Program-made: the position numbers and the translations under genes
Assembly (NCBI RefSeq): GCF_964194155.1
Contig: NC_135881.1
Location: forward strand, 197,222,001-197,286,000
Source of the DNA: Cetorhinus maximus
Lineage: Eukaryota
Direction: 5' to 3'
Length of the DNA: 64,000 nucleotides
The notes under the pieces: model-generated
Database searches by the model: none
What the model was told of the DNA's origin: nothing
Seen by the model: only the letters and a program-made list of their open reading frames with translations
Shown: positions 13,410 to 26,700 of the stretch, piece by piece
Layout of the letters: each line of letters starts with the position of its first letter
Position numbering within the stretch: position 1 is the stretch's first letter

Positions 13410-14095
13410 TGAGGGACCTAGATAAAGCGGATAGAAGGACCTTTTTCCCTTAGCAGGGAGGTCAATAACAAGGGGCAGAGATTTAAAGTAATTGGCAGGA
13501 GGGTTAGAAGGAGGTTGAGGAGAAATTTTTTCACCCAGCAGGTAGAATTGCCGACTGCTATTAAATGTATTCCTGGAGGTTTCACTGCATGACTTGCCTC
13601 ATGCTCCAGCCATTACTTGGCCAACACATCTATCCTTCCCACCCAATTGGAAAAATTGGAAAGCAAAAAGATTAATTACCCAATTGGACGATGCTTGACT
13701 GCCAGCCAAACAGACTTTTCTCCCATTTTCAGTACTGGCAAAGAGAAAATGTTCAATGAAAACAAAAATCTTTTTTTACATCCCCATGATATTTCTGCAG
13801 CGTTGCACACAACAGTGTCCGGGTGATTGATCTTCAATTCCTGAAGACTCCAGGCTAATCCTGGAGCATTGGCAGCCCTACCAATGGGTGGTGAGGGTCT
13901 GGGACTCACTGCCTGAAAAGGGTGGTAGATGCAGAAACTCTCATCGCATTTAAAAAATACCTGGATATACACTTCAAATACCATAATCTTCATTGCTATG
14001 GACCAAGAATCGGAAAGTGTGACCAGGCCAGAAAGCTCTTTTTCAGCCGGCATGGACATGATAGGCTCCTTCTGTGGTATACATTTCTATGATTC
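13410..14095 (+). mobile_element. CR1 3' fragment interrupted by a hAT-like MITE
   Basis: Homologous to 6130-6490; split at TTTTTCACCCAG…GGTGGTG. Confidence 0.7.
13543..13880. mobile_element. hAT-like MITE (338 bp)
   Basis: Degenerate TIRs TAGAATTGCCGAC … ATTGGCAGCCCTA, the same type as 58410-59350; degenerate 8-bp TSD CCAGCAGG/CCAATGGG. Confidence 0.6.
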
Positions 14096-14449
14096 GATAT
14101 TGGCCCAGATTTTGTTACCAGTGGTGAAGCAATGGGTCACCATTCACCTCAAAGAAAGCTGTCAACAAAGATCTAGAGATCTCTGTGACATGACTTCCCC
14201 TTTCCTGACAGCAGTTTAAAACTGGCGCTAAGTCAAGCGGATCTCAAAATGTTCAGCAGCACTATGAGACACATATAAATGAACTTGTAATAGCATTAGG
14301 TGAAAACTCATGTAAACTTCCTTTATCCCTCTAAGTTCTTCGAATATTTCATCTCCATGTCCATTTCTCTTGTAACTTCCTGCACAAATCTCTCCAGTGA
14401 ATGTCCACTGCTCCAATACTAAAATGGCCCTAATCCATCCACTGTACCT

Positions 14450-16480
14450 GTGATCAATGTGTATTATTTCTTTTTATAACCTTCAACCTCTCTGTAATGC
14501 TCGACTCTGCCATATTCCTCTAATTGGCTTCCTTATCTAGCTCTGTGGGACTGCTCTTGCATCGTTCGACACCTACCTAACCAAGGATAGCCAAAACATA
14601 TTCAGCAATGTCTTCTTTCCTCACCACAGCATCACCACCTCTGGAGTCCACCAAGGAATTCTTCATGGTCCCTTTCCTTCTCATGTTTTGTTTTACTCAT
14701 TCATGGGATGTGGGCATGGCTGGCTCAGCCAGCATTTATTGTCCACCCCTAATTGCCCTTGAGAAGGTGGTGGTGAGCTGCCTTCTTGAACTGCTGCAGT
14801 TCATGTGGTGTAGGTACACCCACAGTGCTGTTAGGGAGGGAGTTCCAGGATTTTGACCCAGTGACAGTGAAGGAACTGCGATATATTTCCAAGTCAGGAT
14901 GGTGAGTGATTTGGAGAAGAACTTCCAGGTGATGGTGTTCCCATGTGCCTGCTGCCCTTGTCCTTCTAGATAGTAATGGTCATGGATTTGGAAGGTGCTG
15001 TCGAATGAGGCTTGGTGAATTGCTGCAGTGCATCTTGTAGATGGTACACACTGCTGCCACTGTGCGTTGGTGGAGGGAGTGAATGCTTGTGGATCGGGTG
15101 CCAATCGAGCAAGCTGCGTTGTCCTGCATGGTGCCAAGCCTCGAGTGTTGTTGGAGCTGCACTGATCCAGGCAATTGGAGAGTATTCCATCACACTCCTG
15201 ACTTGTGCCTTGTAGATGGTGGACAGGCTTTGGGGAGTCAGGAGGTGAGTTACTCAATGGTAATGTCATTGAATGTCAAGGGGTGATGGTTAGATTCTCT
15301 TGCTGGAGATCGTCATTGCTTGTGTGACGTGAATGTTACTTGCCACTTGTCAGCCTATATTGTCCGGATCATCCACTTGGCACTTCTGGCTGAAGACTGT
15401 TGCGAATGCTTCAGCCTTATCTTTTGCACAGATATGCTGGGCTCCCCCATTATTGAGGATGGGAATATTTGTGCAGCCTCCTCCTCCAGTGAGTTGTTTA
15501 ATTGTTCACCACCATTTATGATTGGATGTGGCAGGACTGCAGAGCTCAGATCTGATCCGTTGGTTGTGGAATGTACATGCTGCACCTCAGTGATGAACCC
15601 ACGAATGGCATCAGCTTCCACATGTACACCATTGAACCCACTCTTACCTTCCAGCAACTCTCTTCACTGCTTGACTATCAATGGTCTCTACGCTATCAGA
15701 TGTTTGACATTCAATCTACTAAGAATAGTAACTTCTTCCAGCTCAACATACTGAAGATCAATCGGTAGTCTTTCCGTGCACACCACAAACGCTGCTTCCT
15801 TGTCATCAATTTCAATTCCTCACTGTCTCGGGCTGAACCAAACTGTCTACAATCTTAGTGCCCCTTTTGATTCAAAGTGAAGCTTCAGACCTTATAATCT
15901 CTCCATTAATAAGACCACTTACTTTCACTTCTGCAACAATGCCCATCACTATGGCATGAAAGCTATTATGCGCCTTTGTCACTTCTAGATTCTGCTACAC
16001 TTAACCCTTGCTGGCCTCCCAACATCCAGAAACTGTAACTTGTCCAAAATTCTGCTGTACGAGTCCTATTGCATCCTGATTGCCCATCACCCTGTTCTTA
16101 TTGGCCTACAATACCACTCCCACCATCCCCTGTCCACCTGGTCAAATAAAAAAATCTGTCTTTAACTTCATCTATGGCCCTACCCCATCCTATCCATGCA
16201 TCCTTCCTTTGTCATACTTCTCCCAAACTCTCTGTTCCTTTGATTCCAGCTTCTAATTCATTCCCTTTGCCTCATCATTGACAACAGCATCTTCACCTCT
16301 TGGGTTCTCATTTCTAGAATTCCATCCCTAAACCCCCTACCTGTCCACTTTTAAAATCTTCCTCAAAGCTCACCCCTTTGATTAGCTTTTAATCAACACC
16401 CCATCTCTCATTTAATGGTTGATCATGTGATGCATTTAGGATGATTGTTTTTATGTTAAAGTGCTAAATAAATTGCAGTA
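14450..16480 (+). mobile_element. Old L2-type LINE fragment interrupted by 14690-15570
   Basis: Remnants of the GVPQGS and YADDT regions (GGAGTCCACCAAGGA; CACATGTACACCATTG) and an L2-like tail (TATGTTAAAGTGCTAAATAAATTGCAG). Confidence 0.55.
14690..15570 (-). mobile_element. CR1/L2-superclade LINE 3' portion
   Basis: RT C-terminal-like peptide IHSLHQRTVAAVCTIYKMHCSNSP; a homologous copy lies at 55665-56680. Confidence 0.7.
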
Positions 16481-16624
16481 AATGCTGTAAATTATCACAT
16501 GCACCCAACTGAATTGGGTTAATATAAGGTGAGGCAAAATAATAAAAACTGTTACCGCCACAATTTAAAAAGTGGAAACAAATACACAATGGGGCAGTGA
16601 TGGTTTATAAAATATAGGGACACA

Positions 16625-17358
16625 TGGCCCAAATTCTGCAGTAGTAGTGATGGCAAAACCCAATTGAGCACGTGCAGAGTTAAACACGGAAATCCAGAAG
16701 TTGTTATCAGCAATTCTATCCTTCGTCATAGGTGCGCTGCTGCAAGTGCCCCCAGTATGCAATCAATTAGAAATCACTGAGCTGATGAAAACTTGCCCTT
16801 TTACACCATTATTTTTGCTGTAAAAACCCTTGAAAAAGTTACGTTCTTGAATGTGGTGCAACTAGGTTTTTAAAACAGCATACCAAGTTCATAATTACTG
16901 TGAACAGCCTCACTGGACTTGAAGTGCAAATTTTATATTTCTGGAATGTCAAATTTCTCCATTATGACAAAAATATTCACATTATTTTTAACTTAAATTT
17001 TAAACGTTCGTTTACAATACATTTTAGTTTCTATCTTAATCCCATATGTTTGGTGTTTGTCCTAATCATTTATTTCACTCTCAGTAAAATTTATTTAAAA
17101 TTGGAAGATAATTGGTGCATTAAACTTCCTGGTTTGCTGTCTGTGATCGTACTTCAATGTGATTGCCCTGCTTGATGACATCACTGTTGCTGAACACCTG
17201 GAAATCCCGTGGACTCCCATAGACTTGCAGCAGATTCAAACTAACATCTGAATGGTGGAAATCTGTGCCATAGAGATCGCTAAATCTTTTGTGGGCAACT
17301 TTCCTCCATGTCAGCAGAGAGCGCCATTACGTCGATGCGGACCACAAAATCTGAGCCA
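16625..17358. mobile_element. TIR-bounded non-autonomous DNA element (related segments at ~9000-9172, 43973-45383, 54590-54838)
   Basis: TGGCCCAAATTCTGCAGT … ACCACAAAATCTGAGCCA (13/18 inverted match); internal ACTTCCTGGTTTGCTGTCTGTG is shared with ~54620. Confidence 0.5.
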
Positions 17359-18044
17359 ATATGCTGAATGCCAAATTTTAATCTCAACAAATCTGTAAAA
17401 GTGTTGTTGACATTTTTTTCCCTGCCCTGCATTATATTTCATTTTATTTAGTATTCCAGAGACAAGTAAACTATGGTAGACATATTCCAATGGTGTGAAG
17501 TCTGAACCACTTAAATTAAATTTCGCTCAACATTTGTGAAAATCTATAACTAATGCCATTATACAGAAATAAAACCACATGGATTCCTTCTTAGAGAAAG
17601 ATGCTCATTAGTCAATACCAGCACCACGAGCAGAGTCATTTTGACCCTGCTAACCAGTATCTCTACATTTCACATGTTCCCATAATGGAAACTGCGTTTG
17701 TTCCTGGAGAGCTCATTTGCTTTTAAACAAGGAGGCAGCCATGACATACTCTATTCTTTCACTTTGTGGTTTTCAAATAATAATGATATCTTTGTAAGCT
17801 AAATTGCCCCTATTCCTCATTTGATACCAAGGGTATGAAATGCCTAAACTGTCCTCTTCTATCTTGGTACTGGTCCCATTAGATCATTCATTTTCTTCAG
17901 CAAGAATGACAAGAAGGCTACCCACAGCTAGGTCTCGATCAACATTCTCTACCTACCGTAAACTTTAAAGCCTTTTTCTCTTAAACTGCTTCAATTGTAG
18001 GAACGTGCCCTGTCATGATTGATAACATGTAAATACATAACTGA

Positions 18045-18249
18045 AAAAACTCAGCAGGTCTAACAGCATCTGTGGAGAAAAAAGCAGAGTTGACGTTTCG
18101 AGTCCGTATGACTCTTCTTCAGAATGAAAAAGTCATACGGACTTGAAACATAAACTCTTGTTTTTTTTCTCACAGATGCTGTTAGACCTGCTGAGTTTTT
18201 CCAGTATTTTGTTTTTGTTTCAGGTTTCCAGCATCCGCGGTATTTTTCT
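18045..18249 (+). mobile_element. Penelope-derived fold-back element
   Basis: Inverted arms around ~18124; 15-bp TSD TAAATACATAACTGA / TAAATATATAACTGA (18030-18044 / 18250-18264). Confidence 0.85.
18087..18124 (-). ncRNA. Minimal type I hammerhead ribozyme motif (canonical core, GUC triplet)
   Basis: Minus strand reads UU-CUGAAGA-A-GAGUC-AUACG-GACUC-GAAAC-GUC-AACUC. The 5' strand of stem I is truncated by the inversion. Confidence 0.7.
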
Positions 18250-18699
18250 TAAATATATAACTGATTTTGTCGGTTATCAGCACTAAGGCTAAATAAAATG
18301 TTTTTCTTTCAAATTTCAATAGATTGAGACTCCAATAATGCCTCTAAGTACAAACCCAATTTGTAATTATTAGATAAGTGAGATAATAATGAGTTGAATT
18401 TAACCAAATAAAAGGACAGATCAGGTGCAAGTTAGTTTCTCAGTATAAATGCATAGCACATCCATTTCAACAACAGGCTTCCACATCTCACAATATTGGC
18501 TAAAGAGTCATCAAATAGGTTAATTAGATTTAGTTAAATTAATTAAAATTTCAACTCATGATTTCTGAGCTGCTATATAAATGACTTGACTCATTTAAAA
18601 CACAAATGATAAAAAATTATGGAAACACGAAGTAGGTCATCAACATCTGCAAATAGCAACTTGGTGTTTTGCACTTCTAAGGATTTATCAATGCACTTG

Positions 18700-18972
18700 A
18701 TCTCCCATTTAAGATGAAGATGAGGAGGAATTCTACTCTCAGGGGCTACTTAGTCTTTGGAATTCTTTTCCACAAAGAACAGTGGAAGCTCAGCCATCAA
18801 ATATATTCAAGGCTGAGCAAGATTTTTGATTGACCAGGAAATCAAGGGTTATGGGGGACAGGCAGGAAAGTGAAGTAAGGTCACAATCAGATCAGCCATG
18901 ATCTTATTCAATAGCAGAGCAGGCTTGATGGGCTGAATGGCCTACTCATGCTTTTATTTCTTATGACCTTAT
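18700..18972 (+). mobile_element. CR1 3' fragment
   Basis: Homologous to 49640-49900 (AGATCAGCCATGATCTTATT…CCTACTC, TTATG tail). Confidence 0.75.
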
Positions 18973-18974
18973 GA

Positions 18975-19770
18975 TCAGGTGATGGTTGATTCCATCATCC
19001 AACATTGTGTTACTGGAGAGGATACTCCCAAGATAACAAAACTTCTGCACTGAACGGAGGGGTGTGTGTTGATAGTGACCATGGGATCTTGGAGTACATG
19101 GCTAGGGGGAGATTGATACAAGATCTTTGTCTTCTTCAGACTTAATGTCAGGCCAAAGTGTTCTGAGGCTAGGGCAAAGCGATCAACAAGCAGCTGAATG
19201 TGCTCCATAGTATGTGCCAAGAGAGTGCAATTGTCAACGAACAAGGGTTCACTCAATAGCTGTTCAGTAACCTTTGTGCAAGCTTTGAGCCTTTGCAAGT
19301 TGAAGAGGTTGCCGTCTGCCCTGAATTAATTGTACTCCTGTGTCAAGATCTTTGAGTGAGTACTGGAGCATGGCCGAGAAGTATATGCCAAACAGCTGAA
19401 GTCAACACGCAGAGTCTTGTTTGGTGCTGTTGGTGACAGAAAAGGCATCCGGTGATGTATCACTTTGGATCACGCTGGCCATCATGCTATTGTAAAATGA
19501 GTGAATTACACTGATCATCTTATCAGGGAGCCATATTTGTACAGAACCTTCCACAGGCTTTCCCAGTTTACCGTGTCAAAAGCCTTGGTCAGGTCAACGA
19601 ACATCATTATTCTGTTCATGGGACTTTTCTTGAATCTGACATGCTGCAAACATCATGTCTACTGTTCCTCATCCTGCACAGAAGCCACACTGTGATTCTG
19701 GGTACACAGAGTCAATGAGGTGACTGCCAATCTGATTAAGAATAACCCTTGCAAGAATTTTTCCTGCTGA
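18975..19770 (-). mobile_element. RTE-clade (BovB-like) LINE RT fragment, degenerate
   Basis: GNLFNLQRLKACTKVTEQLLSEPLFVDNCTLLAH…FGLTLSLKKTKIL resembles the RTE RT region (LLFADDCAL); an upstream FVDLTKAFDTV motif lies at ~19570-19602. Confidence 0.8.
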
Positions 19771-22039
19771 AAGGAGCTAATACAGGTCAGCAAGAACTGG
19801 GGTTGATGGGCAAACAGGACTTTGTGTGAAACAGGATCTGTAGCAAAGCCTTGGACTAGGTGGAATATAGTAGTAAAGTAATTGCATTTGCAAGTGATGA
19901 AGGCATATTAAAAGATTTTTTAGCACAGATGGGCTATTGCTAGGGTGGAGGTGAGTAATGTTACAGAAATGGAATTAGTGCAGGCTTTTGTGATGGAAGA
20001 TATATGGGCTTGAAAGCTTAGCTCAGAGTGGATCAGATTGTTGAGTTTGTGAACAGTCTGGTTAGTCTGAGAAATTAGTTAGCGAGAAATACAAACAATG
20101 AAGGGAAACCAGCAAGAATTTCATAAGCCTGATCCACAAAGGTCCGGTGGTTGCATTTGGCCTCTGGGTCACCCTGAACATGACTATCTTAAAGTAGATT
20201 ACCTTTCCCTCGTCTTATTTCCAACAAAAGTTTCTTCATATGTTATACATTTGCTGCCTATCTAATTGCCCTGCTGTCCTAACGTTGTCCTCCTGTAATC
20301 TTATCACGATTTCCCTACCTCTCAATTTGGTATCAGAGATTTTCAACATTGTTCCCTCAATTCCTTACCCTAGATCACCTATGTACACAGTAAATAAAAT
20401 CTGTCCCAATCTGCACTCCCATGGAACTCAACCCAACTTTTTAGTCTCAGAAACTTCCATTAGCCATTGCTTTCTTTCCTCTTATCTATCGTTCTCTCTT
20501 TGTGGGCATATTTTACTTCCATTTGTATTTTCAATTCTTGTGCTAACTTATTATGTGTCCTTTGAACCCCTATCCACTGTATTTCCTTTATGCATCTTGT
20601 TATTTACAAGTTCAACATGACCATACTTTTGCTTTGGTGCTTTCTGTCTGCTATTTTGCTATAGCCACTTACAGGCTGCTGCACAAAATTGTTAAGTCAC
20701 CAAAACTACCTAGTAACGTTATTGCAAATGTAGAAAAGTAATTATTCTCACATTCCTTTTCATGATAAAAAACAAATCATTGCCATTCTCATCATTCAGT
20801 TGCAACACTCTTCTATCTTCCACACCTTCACAGTGGATGATGCTGAATTACTATTTGTTTCATGCCCATCAGTTTTTGTCATTTACTTTCCACTGCTAAC
20901 AGAATGCTGAAATCTCATAAATAATACATTTCAATCATAAGGCTTCGGTGGGCTACTGAATGCCAGCCCACTGCTGCACACTGGCAGATGGTGTTTTTAA
21001 TTAGGGCCTGTTCACCTATAAAGAGACATGGAAGTGTATTGTTAATAGGATTTGCTTAATATGAAATCTAATTCTCATTTGCAGCTGGTCCGCATCACAC
21101 AGCTCATTCTCTGGTAGCTTCATGGCGTTCTGCGACGGAGACATTAAAACAAATGACATGTCAAAAATTCTTATGATGTCTCAGAACTGACATTCTCTAA
21201 ATCACTTAATTGGAAAACATATTTCAATCACAACAGACTATGTGGATTTCAGTGATCCTATGAAGATGAAGAGGAGGGTAAATAACCTTTAAACATGACT
21301 CTAAACAAATATGGATAGCTACTAAACTTGCAGCATTTTGGTACTGCTACAGAGCAACTTAATAGCAATGTAATTCAATCACTCCCATTTATTGATTTAC
21401 ACTACCAAGAAAGTTAATAGTAATGAGGAAACAATTCTAACAATGGGGGAGAAAAATCTTTTCGACCTTAAGAGCTGGCACACAATTTCTCAAATTAACC
21501 ACGGATACTGCATTTTCACATAGCACATGTATTTTCCATACATTTTCAAACACAAAAATGTAAAATATGCTGGATGAAATATCAGATGTCAACAATCACT
21601 GATTCATGCTTCTGTGAGGTATGAGACATCATCTATGATGGCATGTCAGTCCAATCAAAAGGTTTTAAATCTATCATAGGTCAAGTGGAGGAAGAAAACA
21701 ATTTAAATTTCTTTAATTCAGGTGGGATTGTTTCAATCTGCAACTGAGTAAAAAAAAATGCCTGCATCCATCAAGCTATCCATGGAATATTGAAGCATTT
21801 TTTTTCTTTCAAAAGTGTATTTTGCTTTCAATAAGATGTGAAATATTGAGGTTCTGTAAAATTGCTACTGCTAATTCTAACGTGAGAGATTTCAAACAAA
21901 AGCTTAAAAATAAACAAACCAAAAGCATTTTTGGTACAATTTTAGTCCTCATTTTTTCTCCCCTCCTCAAGCCATTGAAATGCCTAGGTACAATTAAAAT
22001 GACACACAGAGCAAATCAAATAATGACAAGGTAATCTGT

Positions 22040-22440
22040 TTTAGGTGTTAATTGAGGTATAAATATTGGTCAGGACGCTGAAGAAAAAATCCCTGCTCTT
22101 CTTCCAGTAGTGTTATGGGATTTTTTACATCCACCTGATAGGGTAGATCTAAAGGATCCGTTTCAAGTCTCATCAGAAAGACAACACTTCGGACAGTGTA
22201 GCTGTCTCTCAGTGCTGAACTGAAGTCTCAGCCTAGCTTATAATAGAATCATAACATTGACCCTTTGTGCCTGTGCCAGATCTATTGGTTGAGAGAATGC
22301 TGTACCGTTGGAGGTGGTGTTTTTTGGATAAAACATTAAACTGAGGCTCCACCTGCCCTCTCAGGTGGATGTATAAGATTCTGTGGCACTATTCAAAGAA
22401 GAGTAGGGAAATCTCTCTAGTGTTCTGGCTAATAAATAGA
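22040..22440. mobile_element. Two DeuSINE (SacSINE1-like) fragments in opposite orientation
   Basis: 22040-22240 (-) and 22290-22440 (+) share the GGAGGTG…GATG…TTAAAC…CAGGTGGATGT…GGCACTATTC…GAAGAG core with 37890 and 57740. Confidence 0.6.
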
Positions 22441-22719
22441 ATACAGATCCTCAATTTATCATACATAAAGCTGGAAATGAGAGTTAAAAAGTGCCTATTG
22501 GTCCATTTTCCTTGGGTCATCTCTTGAAATAGCAATGTCATATGTAAAACTATTTGCTTACTGAGCTTATTGCATGCATACATGCTGCAGACTCTGAAAT
22601 ACTAACCATTGAAAGACTCTTGCCTTTTCACGGCATTTTCCTCTTTCAGGTTAAAAACAAATAGAATGCCACAAACAGCACAACTGCTGTTGTAGAGCAG
22701 GACCTCTGCATTGCTGAGG

Positions 22720-23760
22720 CCAATTGCCAACTCTCCCAAGACTCTTCCTCACTCCCTCTGGGCCATGTCCCCATTACCAAACATTAAGGTATTTTTAACA
22801 AACTCTGACCAATCTCATCATTCTTCAAGAGGTCTTCCTCCAGACTTTTTTCAATCTCATCGTTCTCCAATGCCATTGCTTTGACTTCTACCATCACTCT
22901 TTCTAGTCACCTATCCCTCAGTGCCTTCCCTTCTTGTGCAAAGGCAGGAGGTTTAACACTTGCCCATCTACCTTTTCCTATTCTGATGTTCACAACACCA
23001 AACACTCCTATATGAGAAGAAACGTGCATTTTCTCTATACTGATATATTGAGTTTGTTACTTTGTGCTCTGCCTTCTACATTAGGAAAACCAAACACAGA
23101 TTAGGCAGCTGCATTGCTGAATACCTATGTTTTGATTTAAAGTGTGACTCTGAACTACCTGCACTTTGCCGCTTTAATTCCTCCCATCCGCACTCTGACT
23201 TGCCTGTCATTGGACTCATACATTGTTCCAGCAAAGCTCAATACAAGCTTCAAGAACAATATCTTGCCGAGGCCAAATGCTAACTCTGCCATGAGTCTTC
23301 CTAGCACCCTCTGGACCATCTCCCTCCTAGGTACCCTGCAACACTCTGATCTGAACGTAATAACTTTGGACGTTTAACTTCATCCTCCTTTTCAAACCTG
23401 TTTTAATTTCATATTTGATGCCCAGGTTTTCAACCTCTTACATTTTCTCCAAGAATCCAACTCCATTGGCTGCTCACAGACTCTTTGTTTCTTTCAATGT
23501 CTAAATACTTCTGGTCTACTATTAATACTCCATGAATTGACTGAAATGATTGGTTGCATAGCTTGAATCATGACTCCACTGTGGGTTAGCTCATGTTAAT
23601 ACATAGTCCTCTCCCGCCCATTTTTAATCAAATCAACATGTTTGATGGTCTCTTATTTTTCAACTCCGAAGAATGATCTGCACCCAAAATGTCAGTTCTA
23701 TGGATGTTGTGTATTAATAATATTTTCCATTTTTGTTTTAAATTTGCAATGTTTTATTTT
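22720..23760 (+). mobile_element. Old degenerate Penelope-like element (GIY-YIG remnant)
   Basis: ORF 23062 (FYIRKTKHRLGSCIAEYL…GLIHCSSKAQYKLQEQ) aligns with the GIY-YIG region of ORF 31846. Confidence 0.75.
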
Positions 23761-26700
23761 CAACTCACAGTTGAACATCATATTGGGTAATGGTTCAGAA
23801 TAGTCACATCTGGCATCTGCCATTTAAAAAAAAAACTGCTCTGATATATTACCAGCGTGTAGATTCCCAAAGTTTCTCTGAGATTAAAATACAACATGAC
23901 ATGAATGGACAGCATGGTGCTGGAAAAAGCCGAAGACCTCTATGCAATATATTAGCACAACTTGCAGTGGAGCTTTCAAAAATGTTGGAACTTTTGACAC
24001 TTCTATATGCTCAGTTTAGCATTTTAAACACATCAACCCATCAAAAAGAATCTTGACGAATTTTAGATCAAAAGATTTCTATCTATAAGAGAAATTTAGC
24101 TCCCAAGAAGCTGCTGCAGTTTTCTATAAAGTTTGTAGAATCTTAAAATTAAGTTGGCAGAACTTTAAAATGACATATATGCAAACCAAATGGGACAAAA
24201 TATATTACTTCTTCACAATGATGTCAGAATTTAAGCTCCAGTCAGTTCAGTTTATCCATTTTTAAAAAAGTATCAGCTCCCTGTCACACTCATCTTAAAA
24301 CGTTAGTTACCAAGTGGCATTCACAGCAATATGGGGTCAGGACAGCTGGTAGCTCCAGACGTTGACTGGTGTGCATCACTGGATGATAGTTTCATAAATT
24401 TTGATTATAAGCAAATACTATTGGCTGTAAAGTTTAGTATGTAAGGTATAATGTTCCACATTTGATAACCTTATCTTCCACATAATTTGAAATATATCAT
24501 ACAGTTACAGTGGTCAATATGGGGAGTAGAGTTAGAGTTACTTTCTGACGTTGAATCATCTAGATCTCACAAGCCAAAATGTATTGCTCTGGGCAGGGAA
24601 AATATACTTACATTTCAGGAAAAGAAATAGGCCTTCATTTCAATTTCCACCAAGCTGCCATGAAAAATATTGTGGGAGTTGGGGGAGAAATCTTGAACTG
24701 TCACACTTTATAACAGATGGTAACAGAGCAGCACTGGCAAAGTCTATCTACTCAATGGGAAAGAATATGAACTTCAAGTCTATTTCTAAAGAAAATTACA
24801 GTATCAAGAGAGAAAAGATAATTTACTGTAATTAGGACAGAATCTGCAATATTTCAATGATCTATATAGATTTGGTGAAATGAAAATTCTTGCTAAGTCT
24901 TTGTTTTGTGATTTACAAATGTAAAATTTATCAACTGACTGACCTTTCTTACAGCTCAGTTTAACGATGCAGAAACTGTCAATAAAACACCTAAATTCTA
25001 GCTACTGAAACATTCTCAATCAGATTAATTTGTTTAAAATTTTCCTAAAATACTTCTTGAATTGCATCAATGTATATTGTGTTTCATTTACAGCATGCTG
25101 CATGGATGGTAAATGTTCCAGAGATGAGCAAAAAACTCACAGCAGAACAGGAATCTAGGTCAATACTAAGTTGTGATCACTTTCATTCATGCCTAAATAT
25201 AGATTTTTTGCAACAAAGAGTTCAATTTTTTCATAAATCGGTTACTCACAATTCTACCAAAATATGCTTGATGTCGTAAAATGATTCCATTTATACAATG
25301 ATTTGCTCTGAATACAACACATTGCTTTGCTGTATGAGAATGAATTGTTTTGCTTATCTTCCACTATCTTAATGCATCTTGCTGTAAATTATTGTTTTAT
25401 CTATTCATTTGTTATTAAAATCCACCAATATACAGGCATTTTAAAATTACATACTCCTGTAACAATGCCTTGAACAAGTGTCAGGTCAATTCATAGTTCT
25501 ATATCCAAAGTTGTGCAGAGTCCAAAAATCAAATATATTTATTCCGTATATGAAATGTCTCAAAACAGGATCAAGACAAATGAACAGCTGCACAAAAATA
25601 CATTCCACAATTAAATCTTTAACTTACATTTGACATCAACAGAATTGCTGTGGAATATACAATACTGTTCAATACACATAAGTGTTCTGAGATCCATGGT
25701 TTAAATAAAAAAATCTAGAAATACCAAATGCTCCTTTGCATGATCCAATATTCTTTCAGGTCCTAGCTCATAAGTCTGTAAGGTTTTCCCCTATGCCATG
25801 TAGCACTTTTTCCATCTTTAAACTACGCAAGGGAAAACACTTTACCACCAACAAACAGCTTGATGATAAGAAAGCCAAATTAGAAAAAACATTCAGCATA
25901 AACTAACATATTATCTGAATCCAACCTTGGGGTTCCAATTACTGGTTAGGCACCGAATGAGCTTTGCTCTCATCAGTTCTGATGAGAACCTTTTTAATGT
26001 ATTTACTGTCTTACAAATCATTTGGAGGTATGCAATATTATCTATATTAATAAACAAATACAAGTGTTGTCAGGAAGGAGTGCCACTTTAATACAATACA
26101 GATCTTATAGGGACACTTCTTACAAGATTATATTTAAATGACTAATCATGACACAATATATTTTGACAAACTGGATGCTGTGGTATCAAGCAAGTGATAT
26201 TATTTTCCTCACCTATTCTATCTATAGCTACATGCTTCATGCAAATGATTCAAAGTTCAACATTAGCTAAATACATCTTCAATAACCAGCATTCTGTGTC
26301 TTAAACAATAACAGATTTCACAAAGATTCTAAATACTCAGGACAGAGACATCTAAAGCTCTAATGAATGCTTTGTGATTTAGCAGTCTTACGATCAAATG
26401 ATCTACTTGAAATATTACTCTGTATAATACAGGAAAAAGGTCATTATGGACTTATGATGCAAGATCTGGCAGAATATTGCATCATGTTGCAAGCCCTGTA
26501 GTATTTCCAGGTTGTTTCAAGGTCTATGCATTACTTATGCATGTTTTAAAACTCAATTGGTTAAGTTAACAATGGGCTATACCCTTTGATATATGTCATA
26601 CCATTCATTAATTATCCACTCATCCAATGGCTACGCATAGGATCTCAATATATGAAAATTGGCTATGTTTGCTTCTAAAGTAACAGTCATTCCAATTAAT

